NCBI GenBank assembly: GCA_977020255.1
Contig: CDROCS010002105.1
Coordinates: 124,001 to 188,000, forward strand
Origin: Obrimoposthia wandeli
Lineage: Eukaryota
Reading direction: 5' to 3'
Length of the DNA: 64,000 bases
Notes under the pieces: generated by a model
Seen by the model: the letters and a program-made list of their open reading frames with translations, nothing else
Told to the model about the DNA's origin: nothing
The model's database searches: none
Position numbers and translations under genes: made by a program
Shown: piece after piece, positions 39,967 through 50,285 of the stretch
How positions within the stretch are numbered: position 1 is the stretch's first letter
How the letters are laid out: every line of letters starts with the position of its first letter

Positions 39967-40440
39967 ATGCACTACAACAATTACTATCCAGTTGATGTGG
40001 TTAATGGTCCAGGTACACGTTGTACGCTATTTGTATCGGGATGTGAGCATCAATGCCGTGGGTGTTATAACAAAAGCACTTGGCGATTAGATAACGGGCA
40101 TGCGTTTACTCAAGAAATGGAAGACCGCATCATTAATGATTTAAATGATACGCGCATCAAGCGTCGTGGATTGTCATTATCGGGGGGAGACCCACTTCAT
40201 CCAGCCAATCTTGCTTCAGTACTAAAGCTTATTAATAGAGTTAAAACAGAATGCGCAGGAAAAGATATTTGGTTGTGGTCTGGTTATGTTTTGGCTGAAT
40301 TGACTGAGCAACAACAGCAAATAGTCGACTTAATTGATGTATTGGTCGATGGTAAGTTTGAACAAGAAAAACGAGACCCATCCCTTGTGTGGAAAGGCAG
40401 TGAGAACCAAGTTATCCACTACTTCAATAAGATTGAATAA
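39967..40440 (+). CDS. nrdG: Anaerobic RNR activase
   Basis: CEHQCRGC radical-SAM motif; start re-called to ATG 39967. Confidence 0.97.
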   Translation: MHYNNYYPVDVVNGPGTRCTLFVSGCEHQCRGCYNKSTWRLDNGHAFTQEMEDRIINDLNDTRIKRRGLSLSGGDPLHPANLASVLKLINRVKTECAGKDIWLWSGYVLAELTEQQQQIVDLIDVLVDGKFEQEKRDPSLVWKGSENQVIHYFNKIE

Positions 40441-40552
40441 AATAAATACTTGATGAGTGCTATTGAGTAAAGTGTTTGTTATGAAGCATTACCGTGTGTG
40501 ACAATTACACAAACGTTAAATTTTTGTGAATTTTTCGAGCTGGTAAGCTGAG

Positions 40553-40585
40553 TTATCCACTGTTTCTGTGCATAACTGTGGGAGA
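40553..40585. promoter_or_regulatory. DnaA-box cluster (DARS-like arrangement)
   Basis: TTATCCACT-GTTTC-TGTGCATAA-C-TGTGGGAGA. Confidence 0.5.
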
Positions 40586-40766
40586 AGAAGGTGCATGAAA
40601 TTTGGTTGCACCTTTTAGGATTGAATACTGCACAATATTGAAGCGCCTTTATTATGCTTAAAGTAGACGATAGGGAGGGGCTTTTGTGGGAATTCATACT
40701 ACTTCTCTTTCATCTTTAGCCCATCTAAGGTACATTCCCACCTTTCCTGATCCGTAGGAGCCCGTC

Positions 40767-41030
40767 ATGGCACGTACAATCCTTTATACTTATAAAGAAG
40801 AAGAAAAAGAGCTTACTTTTTCATACCAAGAATACCATTCAATTCAAGAAGCCGTTGCTGCTGCTGAAGGAATCGATATTACTGCGTACTTAAAAATGGA
40901 ACAGCAAATTGAAGCTGTGACTCGCGACAAAAAAGCAGTAAGAGACTACCGTGATAACCATTTCAAAAAGTTAGGTTTTGGTCGTATTACCCTAGCTCAA
41001 AAAGAAAACCGTGGTGTCGGTAAGAAATAA
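40767..41030 (+). CDS. DUF2960-family protein
   Basis: MARTILYTYK..IQEAVAAAEGID..VRDYRD..KKLGF. Confidence 0.8.
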   Translation: MARTILYTYKEEEKELTFSYQEYHSIQEAVAAAEGIDITAYLKMEQQIEAVTRDKKAVRDYRDNHFKKLGFGRITLAQKENRGVGKK

Positions 41031-41057
41031 TTCTTTTACAACGCGTAAAATGGGTAC

Positions 41058-41879
41058 TCATTGAGTATCCTTTTTTTTGACTGCTACTTTCTTTTCGTGT
41101 GTATTGCGATCACCTTTCTTTCGATCCCTGAACCCTATATAAATAAAGTAAGCCCCCAATGCCGCAATAACGTGTTTGATAGAGTGTCCACTTATTCCCC
41201 CCAATACAGCATATATTTCATCGTCGTTAGACTCTGCCCACTTTGATAGTACATAGGCTATTAGCGCGAATAAATAATATTGTCTGTGAGTAAAGCGAGA
41301 ACAAAAAAAATACAGAATAATGGGGAAGTGTATGATTGGTATGACTTGAATTAAGACATAGGCAGACATATCTCCGCGACCATTTTGTAGCGTCGTTATA
41401 TACCAATAAACCACAGATAAAAAACCATACACAATCATGGGGAAGAATAACCACCGACCAGCATCTCGCGATACAAATTCCGTTAAAAGAATGCAATAGA
41501 GTGCAATAAAAGCAAGTGTGATAGGTATTCTGTCGAACATTAACGTGAAATCGTTAGGGGTTAAGTGGTAATAACTCGATGCAAAGAAAGCGAGTATAAG
41601 TGCGAAGAAGAAAAAGGGGTATTGCAGTGTAATATTTGGCTCAATTGCCACCGACTTTTTTCTAAAGAGTTGTAATCCTTTGAGCCCAACATATAAAAAA
41701 GGTAGGTTAGAAATGACATTCCAGAAGTTTGGAACCGAAAAAAAAGTGCGCTGATCGGCGTAGTTATAAAAGTTACCACTTTGCCTTATAGGGGAGAAGA
41801 TAATAGCGGCAAGAGTCAGAACAGTAGCAATAACAACAAGCCCGATCACTTTTTTATGGTAAGAAGATAACTTCGCCAT
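41058..41879 (-). CDS. Alkaline ceramidase-like membrane hydrolase
   Basis: YADQR..NFWNVISNLPF, SSYYH, DRIP, GHSIKH; ATG 41879 with RBS GAGG. Confidence 0.75.
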   Translation of the reverse strand: MAKLSSYHKKVIGLVVIATVLTLAAIIFSPIRQSGNFYNYADQRTFFSVPNFWNVISNLPFLYVGLKGLQLFRKKSVAIEPNITLQYPFFFFALILAFFASSYYHLTPNDFTLMFDRIPITLAFIALYCILLTEFVSRDAGRWLFFPMIVYGFLSVVYWYITTLQNGRGDMSAYVLIQVIPIIHFPIILYFFCSRFTHRQYYLFALIAYVLSKWAESNDDEIYAVLGGISGHSIKHVIAALGAYFIYIGFRDRKKGDRNTHEKKVAVKKKDTQ

Positions 41880-41886
41880 TTTCACC

Positions 41887-42294
41887 TCATGATTTGCACT
41901 CAGCTTTCATAATACTAATACCTTCGTTAAAACATTGTCGCCATGCTTGATCGACTGACGGATTATAAGCAGGATCACATTCTTTAATTGTATCGATTAA
42001 ACATTCAAACCAAATATCAATATCTAAAGGTTTTATCCCTAAGCCATCGGGCCCATGGCGTTTACCAAACATTTTTACAGTTTCTCGTGCCTGTTCTGAT
42101 GTTGCCGCTAGCATAATGATTAGCAATGATGCCTTAACCATTTTCATCTGCTTTTCCATATCAATTTTGGCAAACAGAACATGAAATGTTTCATCTTTTT
42201 CAAGAAAACGCTCATAAAAAAGAGGCATGAAATGAGGGTTTCGATTACATCTGGCATAACTGTCGTTAAAAATTTCATGAATATCCATATTCAT
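41887..42294 (-). CDS. Single-domain globin
   Basis: FNDSYARC, FYERFL, HG..GI, WFECLI. Confidence 0.8.
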   Translation of the reverse strand: MNMDIHEIFNDSYARCNRNPHFMPLFYERFLEKDETFHVLFAKIDMEKQMKMVKASLLIIMLAATSEQARETVKMFGKRHGPDGLGIKPLDIDIWFECLIDTIKECDPAYNPSVDQAWRQCFNEGISIMKAECKS

Positions 42295-42373
42295 TCTTTA
42301 TTTATCCTTCATTAGTTAATTCATTATTGACTCGTTCACTCATTATTTTTTAAAGCGATGAGATTAATAAGTA

Positions 42374-42612
42374 TATACCCAAGTTACCTCAAGGTGCTCG
42401 TTTCAGCGATAATTTATTGGGCTTTTAGCAAGGCGCTCATTTATAGAGCTGATTCTACGTTGCGAATGAGCAACGCCGTATAGAGTCCAATAAAATTCGT
42501 TCTTCGGGAGTGATTCAACGTGTTTACTTCTGTGCCAAATATGTTTGAAAGGGAGTGCCATTCCTACACATATCGTCCTTGGATTAAACATGTTGATGTC
42601 ACTTTGAATCCT
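42374..42612. mobile_element. MITE-like/ERIC-like repeat, copy 2 (right end degraded)
   Basis: TATACCCAAGTTACCTCAAG start; shares ATTTATAG, CCAATAAA, TTGAAAGGGA, CCTACACAT, ATTAAA-ATGTTG blocks with copy 1. Confidence 0.7.
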
Positions 42613-42761
42613 GCAATATATCCAGCGGATCAATTTTCAATCATCAAGTTGTGTTGTTTTTCTTCTATATGTCTGGTTTTATTGCTTTGTGTTTGAATGG
42701 TGAGCAATTGAATTTAAAAGGGTTTACAGCCACGCTTTAGAACCGTATTATTCACCGCGTT

Positions 42762-42852
42762 GGAGAGATGGCTGAGTGGTCGAAAGCACTGGTCTTGAAA
42801 ACCAGCAAGGGTTTATAGCCCTTCTAGGGTTCAAATCCCTATCTCTCCGCCA
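42762..42852 (+). tRNA. tRNA-Ser (anticodon UGA)
   Basis: GGAGAGATGGCTGAGTGGTCGAAAGC..CTTGAAAAC..long variable arm..GGTTCAAATCCCTATCTCTCCGCCA; promoter TTTACA-17-TATTAT; terminator 42859-42890. Confidence 0.98.
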
Positions 42853-42897
42853 CATTTAAAGAAGGGCGCTGATTTATCAGCGCCCTTCTTGTATATA

Positions 42898-43069
42898 GCG
42901 ATTGTGGCTAGAGGGATTTGTTCCAAATCCGCCTCACCCAGAACACTCCGCCACATTCAAAGAAACCGCTACTCTGTTAGCGGTTTTTTTACGTCTGAAG
43001 TTTGCTAATAAGGTAGGGATGCAGAATCCTAGACTGGGTTCACCTGAGCGAAGCGAAAGCACATTGCCC
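42898..43069 (+). repeat. ~172-bp tRNA-linked direct repeat, left copy
   Basis: Near-identical to 54659-54831; contains the tRNA 3' mimic CTCCGCCACATT and terminator AAACCGCTA..TAGCGGTTTTTTT. Confidence 0.95.
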
Positions 43070-43546
43070 GTACCGAAGGTGCGAAAAGGCAATAGCCCGA
43101 AGGGTACGAGCTTGCGAGTAAATAAACTCCTGTCTTATTACTACATTAAAACAAATAAACTATTGATTTTTAATGGAGTTAACGGATTTTTGCATCTAAG
43201 GCTTGTAAAGCCAATCCCAAATAGGATTGACTGAGACAACGCATCTATTTCGCGCCCCTAATTGTACGTATTACACCCGTATCTGTTTACCTAAAAAGCT
43301 TCGTGTACGTGGCTTTCCATTTGTCACCTTACTGATGCGGGCGATAAGTAGCGAACCAAGCTACCCCAACTCTTTAGTTACCTCCAACTAATCAAAACGA
43401 AGACTGGGGGCGGCAGTGCTGCCAGCAGTTAGGCCGCATAGAAACCAAACTCGGCATGGTTTGTGATCATAATCGCTTCGTACTAGGGAGCCAGAAAGTG
43501 AAATATCTAAAGTTCTATCATTCTGTTAGGTGATTTTATCTAATAG

Positions 43547-43573
43547 ATTAATAAAACTAAATCCACTTCTAAA
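43547..43573 (+). promoter_or_regulatory. 27-bp island motif, copy A (others at 46926, 50350, and 54582 on minus)
   Basis: ATTAATAAAACTAAATCCACTTCTAAA; consensus NTNAATNAAACTAAWTYYACWTYTWAR. Confidence 0.8.
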
Positions 43574-43673
43574 TAGCAGTAAATAGATAAAGGCCGACCG
43601 CGTGGTTAGTATTGTTTCATCGAGAAGCGCACAGGCGTTACTTATTACTATTCCATTATTAGAGGTCGACAAA

Positions 43674-45074
43674 ATGAACATATTTAAAACACAATTTGAT
43701 GCAGTGAATAACGCGCTTCATAACACTCCTGTTTCAACGTTTGTACAGCGCTCTGAAAAACTTTTATCACTAAGGTCTCAACTGGTTTCATCAACGCCAG
43801 CTTTAATTGAATCGTTAAGCCTTGATTACGGACACCGTAGTGCGCAAGACACACTTGTTGCTGACATCATGCCTTGTATCTCTAATATTGATTACACACT
43901 TGAATATCTTTATGAATGGTCTGCACCTTCTCATCGTGAGCCTGGTGTATTGCTTGCGGGTACTTCAGAGGTACAGGTTATCTACCAACCTAAAGGGGTC
44001 GTGGGCATTATTACGCCGTGGAATTTCCCTATTCAGCTCTCTGTAGAACCACTCATCGCCGCAATTGCAGCCGGTAATCGCGTCATGATTAAGCTGAGTG
44101 AACTCACTCCTAATCTAAATGCGGTGTTGAAATCGTTGTTAGCAAGCGTATTTGATGAAACTGAAGTAATGGTGATGGACATGATTGAGGACTCAGGACC
44201 TGCATTTAGCGCATTACCTTTTGACCATCTATTTTTTACGGGCTCTCCAAGAGTAGGTAAGTTAGTGATGAAAGCGGCTGCGGATAACTTAACACCAGTG
44301 ACATTAGAACTAGGCGGGAAATCTCCGGTTATTATCGATGATGAAATCTCGTTATCAATGGCTGTCGAGCGCATTATTCTCGGCAAAAGCCTGAATAGTG
44401 GGCAAGTCTGTGTCGCCCCTGATTATGTGTTAATTCCTGAAGGTAAAGAGCAGGCCTTTATTAAAGAGTACCAAGGCCAGTTTTCACAGTTATACCCTGA
44501 AGGTGTTGCTAGCGAACAATGGACATCTATTGTCAATACGCCGCAATTCGAACGTTTAGCGAACTTATTAGACGCTGAAATAAAACAAGGTAAAGCAGTC
44601 GTGCCTGCGCATGAAAATGCAGTAAATATGGCAGAACATCGCATGGTGACGCATTTTGTCATTAACCCTGAATTGACGTCAACCGTAATGCAAGAAGAGA
44701 TATTTGGGCCTATTTTACCGATTATTACTTACCAACATTTAGACGAAGCAATTGCGTTAATTAACAGTAAAGAAAAGCCACTGGCATTGTATTTAATGTC
44801 TGAGAATGAAGCGTTACAAGAGCACCTCAAACTGACCATGCATTCGGGCGGCATGTGTATTAATGATGCCATTTTCCATATTGCTGCCGATGATGCACCG
44901 TTTGGAGGAATAGGGGGATCGGGCATGGGTAACTACCACGGTAAAGAAGGTTTTATTACATTGTCACACGCTAAAACCGTCATGAAAACCGGCAAAACGC
45001 ATCAAATGAAAGCGTTATTCATGGCTGGTGAAAATGAATTTAAAACAGCCGTGGCTGCACACTTTAACCTATAA
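43674..45074 (+). CDS. Aldehyde dehydrogenase (coniferyl-aldehyde DH-like)
   Basis: PWNFP, FTGS, LELGGKSP, GQVCVAPDY, EEIFGP, PFGGIGGSGMG; start re-called to ATG 43674. Confidence 0.93.
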   Translation: MNIFKTQFDAVNNALHNTPVSTFVQRSEKLLSLRSQLVSSTPALIESLSLDYGHRSAQDTLVADIMPCISNIDYTLEYLYEWSAPSHREPGVLLAGTSEVQVIYQPKGVVGIITPWNFPIQLSVEPLIAAIAAGNRVMIKLSELTPNLNAVLKSLLASVFDETEVMVMDMIEDSGPAFSALPFDHLFFTGSPRVGKLVMKAAADNLTPVTLELGGKSPVIIDDEISLSMAVERIILGKSLNSGQVCVAPDYVLIPEGKEQAFIKEYQGQFSQLYPEGVASEQWTSIVNTPQFERLANLLDAEIKQGKAVVPAHENAVNMAEHRMVTHFVINPELTSTVMQEEIFGPILPIITYQHLDEAIALINSKEKPLALYLMSENEALQEHLKLTMHSGGMCINDAIFHIAADDAPFGGIGGSGMGNYHGKEGFITLSHAKTVMKTGKTHQMKALFMAGENEFKTAVAAHFNL

Positions 45075-45122
45075 CCATTGAGGGCATGGATGCCGATAGT
45101 TTACTAATGTAGAGATTCCCAA

Positions 45123-46349
45123 ATGAGTATTTCAAAATGTCACTTTACCGTTAAAAAACAGGTTTTTATTGGTTATGCAAAACTAATGAAACCTATCTTC
45201 AATCGTCTTCACTTTCCAACACCAGAAGTGATTGCCAATAACCAAGCACTGGTGGATATGGTTGAGCAGTTGGGGTTAAAGGGAATCAAACGTCCGGTGA
45301 TTATCACTGATAGTGTCTTTAGTACGTTACCCGCTTTTCAGCTCCTACTTGATGTCTTTGAACTGACTGATATTGAATATACTGTTTTTGATGAAGTCGA
45401 GCCAGATCCTGATTTCTTAGTTATTGATAAAGGCATTAAAGCCTGCAAAGCGCATCAATTTGATGCCGTTATTGCGATTGGTGGCGGTTCTTCTATTGAT
45501 GCCGCGAAAGTCATTAATACCTGTGCATTTAATAATGTTAAAGCAAGAGAGGTTGTTGGAATGTTCAAAATTAAGCATAAAGGTGCTTATTTTGTTGCAA
45601 TACCGACCACCTCGGGGACGGGCTCAGAAACGACGATTGTTTCTGTGATGACAGATGACATTGATCACCAAAAGAAACCGGTTGTGAGTATGAAAATTGT
45701 TCCTGATATGGCCGTTTTAGACCCTCGGTTAATGGTCGGGTTACCGGCACATATTACCGCTGCCACAGGTATGGATGCGTTAACCCATGCGATGGAATCC
45801 TATTTAAGTCTGTATTCAACACCAGAATTAGATAAGTTAAATTTACTCACTATTCGAGATATTTTTAACTACCTTCCACTGTGTTACGGTGACCAGTCTG
45901 GCTCACTTGAACATCGTTTGAAAATGGCTGAAGCATCCCATAATGCAGGTGTTTCCTTTACGCAAACCAGCGTCGGTTGGGTGCATGGTATTGCGCATCA
46001 ACTGGGCGCGTTTTATAAAATGCCTCATGGCCTTGCTAACGCATTAGTATTACCACATGTTTTAAAGTTTTATGTGCCTGCTGCGACTCAACGTATGGCT
46101 GAGATGGCCGATGCAATTGGCATTACTGAAGGCAGTAACTTACAAAAAGCCAATCAGCTAGTGGATCGCGTGAGCGCCCTGTGTATTGAACTTAATATCG
46201 CAGTGAAACCCGACATGATTAATTTCTCGGATTTAAAAGTGATCAGTAAAAATGTGATTAATGAAGCGTATATGAGCCCGTATCCAGTACCGCGATATTT
46301 TGACTCTCAAAACGCACTTGAAGATTTTATTTATACAATTTTTAAATAA
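45123..46349 (+). CDS. Iron-containing alcohol dehydrogenase
   Basis: GGGSSID, PTTSGTGSE, TGMDALTHA, HGIAH, HGLAN. Confidence 0.93.
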   Translation: MSISKCHFTVKKQVFIGYAKLMKPIFNRLHFPTPEVIANNQALVDMVEQLGLKGIKRPVIITDSVFSTLPAFQLLLDVFELTDIEYTVFDEVEPDPDFLVIDKGIKACKAHQFDAVIAIGGGSSIDAAKVINTCAFNNVKAREVVGMFKIKHKGAYFVAIPTTSGTGSETTIVSVMTDDIDHQKKPVVSMKIVPDMAVLDPRLMVGLPAHITAATGMDALTHAMESYLSLYSTPELDKLNLLTIRDIFNYLPLCYGDQSGSLEHRLKMAEASHNAGVSFTQTSVGWVHGIAHQLGAFYKMPHGLANALVLPHVLKFYVPAATQRMAEMADAIGITEGSNLQKANQLVDRVSALCIELNIAVKPDMINFSDLKVISKNVINEAYMSPYPVPRYFDSQNALEDFIYTIFK

Positions 46350-47072
46350 ACAGCTAATAATCAACCTACTTTATATGCAAATCCTAAGTGCAATTCTTAT
46401 GACAGACAATTGCACTTTTTTATTTAATGCAGTTGCATAATAACGGCAGTGATGATTCATTCACAAGATGAAGTGAGCGCTGAAGATTGCATTGAAGACA
46501 GTTTAAAAATGATGGGGATTTAACTATATATATTTAGGCAGTTTCAGTGAGCTTGATAGACATACCTCTATAACGATTAACTGATATTAACAACCTTAAT
46601 AAAGGTCGCTAAAATAGCGGCTCATTCGTAAACGAATGTTGGAGATTTCAATCGCCTATACAACGACTGTGGATGAAGCACATTTGTTTACCAGCCATGT
46701 CCCGCTGATTATTTGTTATTAAGCTGTTTGCTTGTTGATGCCACTAATATCGCACACCTGTTCAAAACGCGTAACCCGATGAAATAAAAAATAATAACAA
46801 AAATCATTTTGATTGCGGCGAATACATCGATTCAATTAAAACCCGCGACTATAAACGCAGCTAAATAACCCCCTATGTTAATACGCTCTTCTTCATTTAA
46901 CTTGATTCAATGTTTCAACTGATTGCTGAATGAAACTAAATTTACATTTAAAGCCAGTTGATTGTTGCCGACCGTGGGGTTGGTTATTATGGTTTCACTT
47001 AGAGAGAGCAGGGGCAACCCACTAAGCCTCCTCTTACTTAACTTGTAAATTAATATCCTATTAAGGGTTACC

Positions 47073-49037
47073 ATGAAATTATCTAAACTAGCACTTGTCA
47101 TTCCAGCAGCAATCCTATTTTCAAATGGTGTTCAAGCAAACGACCATGTTTCATTCAATGCACATGTTGAATCTGACCATCAGCAAGTGACTGAATCAAA
47201 CGTAGCATTATGGCTTGCACAAGCAGGGCAGTCACCAATGATAATTGCTGAAGGTAAAAGTGATAAAAAGGGTGATGTTTCATTTACTGATATTAATAAA
47301 AAAACTGGTGATATTTATTACCTAACAGCTAAAGGCGGTAACATTGATGGTAAAGCGGTTAACAACTACAACAGCTTATCGATTCTTAACCACGAGCAAC
47401 AAGGTGACGTGGTACTTAATGAAATTACAACGATTGGTTCAATTTGGCCTAACGCGCAGTTGTTATCAGCAAACGGTGAATTAACCGGCTCAAAAAATGG
47501 ACTATTAATTGGCTCAGAGCAAGTACAAAACCTAACCAATGTGCAAACCGGTAGTTTTGGTGAAACGGTATTAAATGGTGAGAATCTGACTTACTCAGAA
47601 ACCATAGGTCGAATGAATACGTTAGGTGCATTATCTACATTATGTGGTGCAGAGCAAAGCCGTGATAAATGTGATGACTTTTTAGAAGTAACATCAAGTG
47701 ATAATACGATTGAAGCATTAGTTAAAATTGCTAAAACACCTTATATACACAACGCTGAGTTATTTGATTTATTCAAAACAGCCTATACCTATCCTAAAGG
47801 TGAGCAACGTCGTGATACAGATTATTTACCTTACCTAAGCTACCAACCTGAAGATTTTGCATTAATGGTACGAGTGAGTGGCGGTGGTATCTATTCAGCA
47901 GGGCGTATGATGTTTGATAACCAAGGTCAATTATGGAGTGGTCAAAACTGGGTACCTGGCTCTCAATCAGGTTTGAATACAGCGATTGGTGGTGGTGTGG
48001 TGCGCTTAGCGCCAAGTGGTAAAGCGTTATCACCAGCATTGGTTGGTTATAACGGACAAGGTTTAGACGGCATCGGTTGGGGTACAACGGTCTCTAAAGA
48101 TAAAGTCTGGGTAAGTACGTTTAATGCAAAAGTAGGGGTATTTGATTTAGAAGGCAACGTATTAGGTCCGGCCACTATTGACGGTCCAAATGGTGAGTTA
48201 CAAGGGTTAGCAACAGCGCCAAACGGAGATGTATGGTTAGCAGATAATCAAATGAATCAAATGATTGTCTTCCCTGGTGGCGATTACAAAAAAGGTCACA
48301 TTGTTAAAGTACCTGGTTTAAAACGTCCCTTTGCAGTGGCGGTTGATAATAATAACGTAGTGTGGGTAACAAATAATGGCTCAATGACCGTAACACGGTT
48401 TGAAGCGGGCAAACCTAATGAGGCAATGCAAATTAAAACTGGCGTTGCGCCACGTGGTTTAGCGATTGATTCAAAAGGTAATGTTTGGGTCGGTGCGAAT
48501 TTATCACCAGGTTACCCATTACCAAATATTCCAAAAGGTTCAAGCATCATTGATGAGTTTCATATCTCAATTAACAACCTTTTTGCAAATGAAGCAAAAA
48601 TCCCTAAAACAGGTAACGTAACAATGATTTCTCCAGACGGTAAAGTGGTTAAATCTAACTTACTAGACAAAGAAGTTTACGCAGCTTGGGGTGTCAGTAT
48701 TGATGGTGGTGATAATGTATTTGTAGGTGATTTTTTAGGCACTGGTTTTATCCAAATGCGTGGCGACAATATAGGTAACTATCCTGATGATGTAAAAGTA
48801 GGCGAACAAATTCACTCTTACAAAAGTGGCATCATGCAAGAAACCACTGACACAATGATTGATGATGCAGGTAATGTTTGGGTAGCAAACAACTGGAATG
48901 TTATCCCTGCATTACTTGATAAAAACCCTGACCGTCGTACAGCAACAATGGGTGGTGGTAACGGCATGGTAGTGGTTTACGGTATTGCACAACCTGTTCA
49001 AAACCCATTAATTGGTCAAGTTCGCCCTGTCAATTAA
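47073..49037 (+). CDS. Secreted NHL/beta-propeller repeat protein
   Basis: Signal peptide; repeats FDNQGQLW, TAPNGDVW, VDNNNVVW, IDSKGNVW, IDGGDNVF, IDDAGNVW. Confidence 0.8.
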   Translation: MKLSKLALVIPAAILFSNGVQANDHVSFNAHVESDHQQVTESNVALWLAQAGQSPMIIAEGKSDKKGDVSFTDINKKTGDIYYLTAKGGNIDGKAVNNYNSLSILNHEQQGDVVLNEITTIGSIWPNAQLLSANGELTGSKNGLLIGSEQVQNLTNVQTGSFGETVLNGENLTYSETIGRMNTLGALSTLCGAEQSRDKCDDFLEVTSSDNTIEALVKIAKTPYIHNAELFDLFKTAYTYPKGEQRRDTDYLPYLSYQPEDFALMVRVSGGGIYSAGRMMFDNQGQLWSGQNWVPGSQSGLNTAIGGGVVRLAPSGKALSPALVGYNGQGLDGIGWGTTVSKDKVWVSTFNAKVGVFDLEGNVLGPATIDGPNGELQGLATAPNGDVWLADNQMNQMIVFPGGDYKKGHIVKVPGLKRPFAVAVDNNNVVWVTNNGSMTVTRFEAGKPNEAMQIKTGVAPRGLAIDSKGNVWVGANLSPGYPLPNIPKGSSIIDEFHISINNLFANEAKIPKTGNVTMISPDGKVVKSNLLDKEVYAAWGVSIDGGDNVFVGDFLGTGFIQMRGDNIGNYPDDVKVGEQIHSYKSGIMQETTDTMIDDAGNVWVANNWNVIPALLDKNPDRRTATMGGGNGMVVVYGIAQPVQNPLIGQVRPVN

Positions 49038-49148
49038 TCTCTGAAAAATGAAAATAGATAAGGGGGTGAATCATGTATTCAGCTCCTTTTTTTAGCATCA
49101 GCGTAACAGCACGAACCATTTTCAACATTAATCCTAAAGGTAAAGCAC

Positions 49149-49520
49149 ATGAATTCATTATTAACGAGTACATTATTATGGGGTGGAATAATTACCCTTA
49201 CAGCTGGTTTACAAGGCATCATTCTTGATAAGTACTTACAGCTTAGTTATAAAATATCTATCACAGAGCCCATGGGACGCTTGTTCTCACGCATTTGGGG
49301 GTTTAATACTTTTATACTTGGGGCATTAATGATTGCAGCGTCTCAAAACCCAGCACTTGTAACGGTCATTACAATTGCGGCTATTTTCTCAAAAACGTTA
49401 TTAATAGGCTCTATTTTGTTGACTGAAAGTGGTTCACTAAGAGCCCCAATGAAAGCGATAATTGGCGTTGACGGTATTATGGTTTTGCTACTCATTTATG
49501 GTCTTGCTGTGATTAGTTAA
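49149..49520 (+). CDS. Small multi-TM membrane protein
   Basis: About four hydrophobic segments; RBS upstream. Confidence 0.65.
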   Translation: MNSLLTSTLLWGGIITLTAGLQGIILDKYLQLSYKISITEPMGRLFSRIWGFNTFILGALMIAASQNPALVTVITIAAIFSKTLLIGSILLTESGSLRAPMKAIIGVDGIMVLLLIYGLAVIS

Positions 49521-49590
49521 GTAAGCGAGGAATAATAATAGTCACAAGGGCCTTCTTTCAAAGGAAGGTCATTTCATTAATTAATATTAA

Positions 49591-50103
49591 ATGTCAGTAT
49601 CAGAAAGTAAGGAATATAACGTGCCGTTAAAAAGTATAATCAAAGGTCAGTGTTCTTGTGGCCAATGTCAATTTGAACTCGAGGGCGAACCTCTATTTCG
49701 CATTATTTGTCATTGCAATATTTGCCAACAATACAATCAAGGCCAATATGCAGACAATACTATTTTCAAAGTGAAAAAGATGAAACTAAGTAATCCAGAA
49801 AGTAATATTTTTGAGTATCACCGGTTACCTAAAATGGTTTCTCGTGGCCGATGTTTGCAATGTTTAATGCCAACGGTTGAGGAATTTACACTTATCCCTC
49901 AGGCTAATATCGTTATTATACCCAATGCGAATTTACCTAAAGAGTATCTATTGATGCCGCCAGCCGCTCATATTTGCTGCGCAACGAAACAGTCCCCCAT
50001 TAACGATAACATTAAAAAATTCAATGGTGGTTTAACAAGTCAGTTAGTTTTTACCGGGCTTTTATTTAAATCATATTTTTTAGGTCCCATTAATAATTAT
50101 TAA
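49591..50103 (+). CDS. GFA/CENP-V (Mss4-like) zinc protein
   Basis: GQCSCG..CHCNICQ..RGRCLQC. Confidence 0.85.
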   Translation: MSVSESKEYNVPLKSIIKGQCSCGQCQFELEGEPLFRIICHCNICQQYNQGQYADNTIFKVKKMKLSNPESNIFEYHRLPKMVSRGRCLQCLMPTVEEFTLIPQANIVIIPNANLPKEYLLMPPAAHICCATKQSPINDNIKKFNGGLTSQLVFTGLLFKSYFLGPINNY

Positions 50104-50124
50104 TAATCATTAATGTTCATATTT

Positions 50125-50285
50125 CAATCTATGACAGCAACACGCTTTGAAGTTGATAAACCCTATAAAGCAATTTAAATTTCAACGGGTCTCGCACCTA
50201 GACGCTTAGCTATCGACTCTCATTCTAACGTGTTGGGGGAGGGGCTAACTTGTCTCCGGGCTACCCTCTCTTTGAAATCCCGCGC
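50125..50285 (+). pseudogene. Decayed fragment of an NHL-repeat gene paralogue
   Basis: QSMTATRFEVDKPYKAI*ISTGLAPRRLAIDSHSNV/..GANLSPGYPLFEIP vs GSMTVTRFEAGKPNEAMQIKTGVAPRGLAIDSKGNVWVGANLSPGYPLPNIP in 47073. Confidence 0.8.

Noticed and set aside
42403-42633. 76-aa ORF containing MALPFKHIW
   Set aside because: Lies entirely within the MITE-like repeat copy; the homologous copy at 23926 does not keep the frame
42902-43234. 110-aa ORF after the tRNA (possible integrase remnant)
   Set aside because: Overlaps the direct repeat and terminator; no tyrosine- or serine-recombinase motifs
46446-46523. AVMIHSQDEVSAEDCIEDSLKMMGI* resembling a TetR C-terminal remnant, plus a decayed signal-peptide-like ORF near 46600-46890
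   Set aside because: Too short and interrupted to assign without a search
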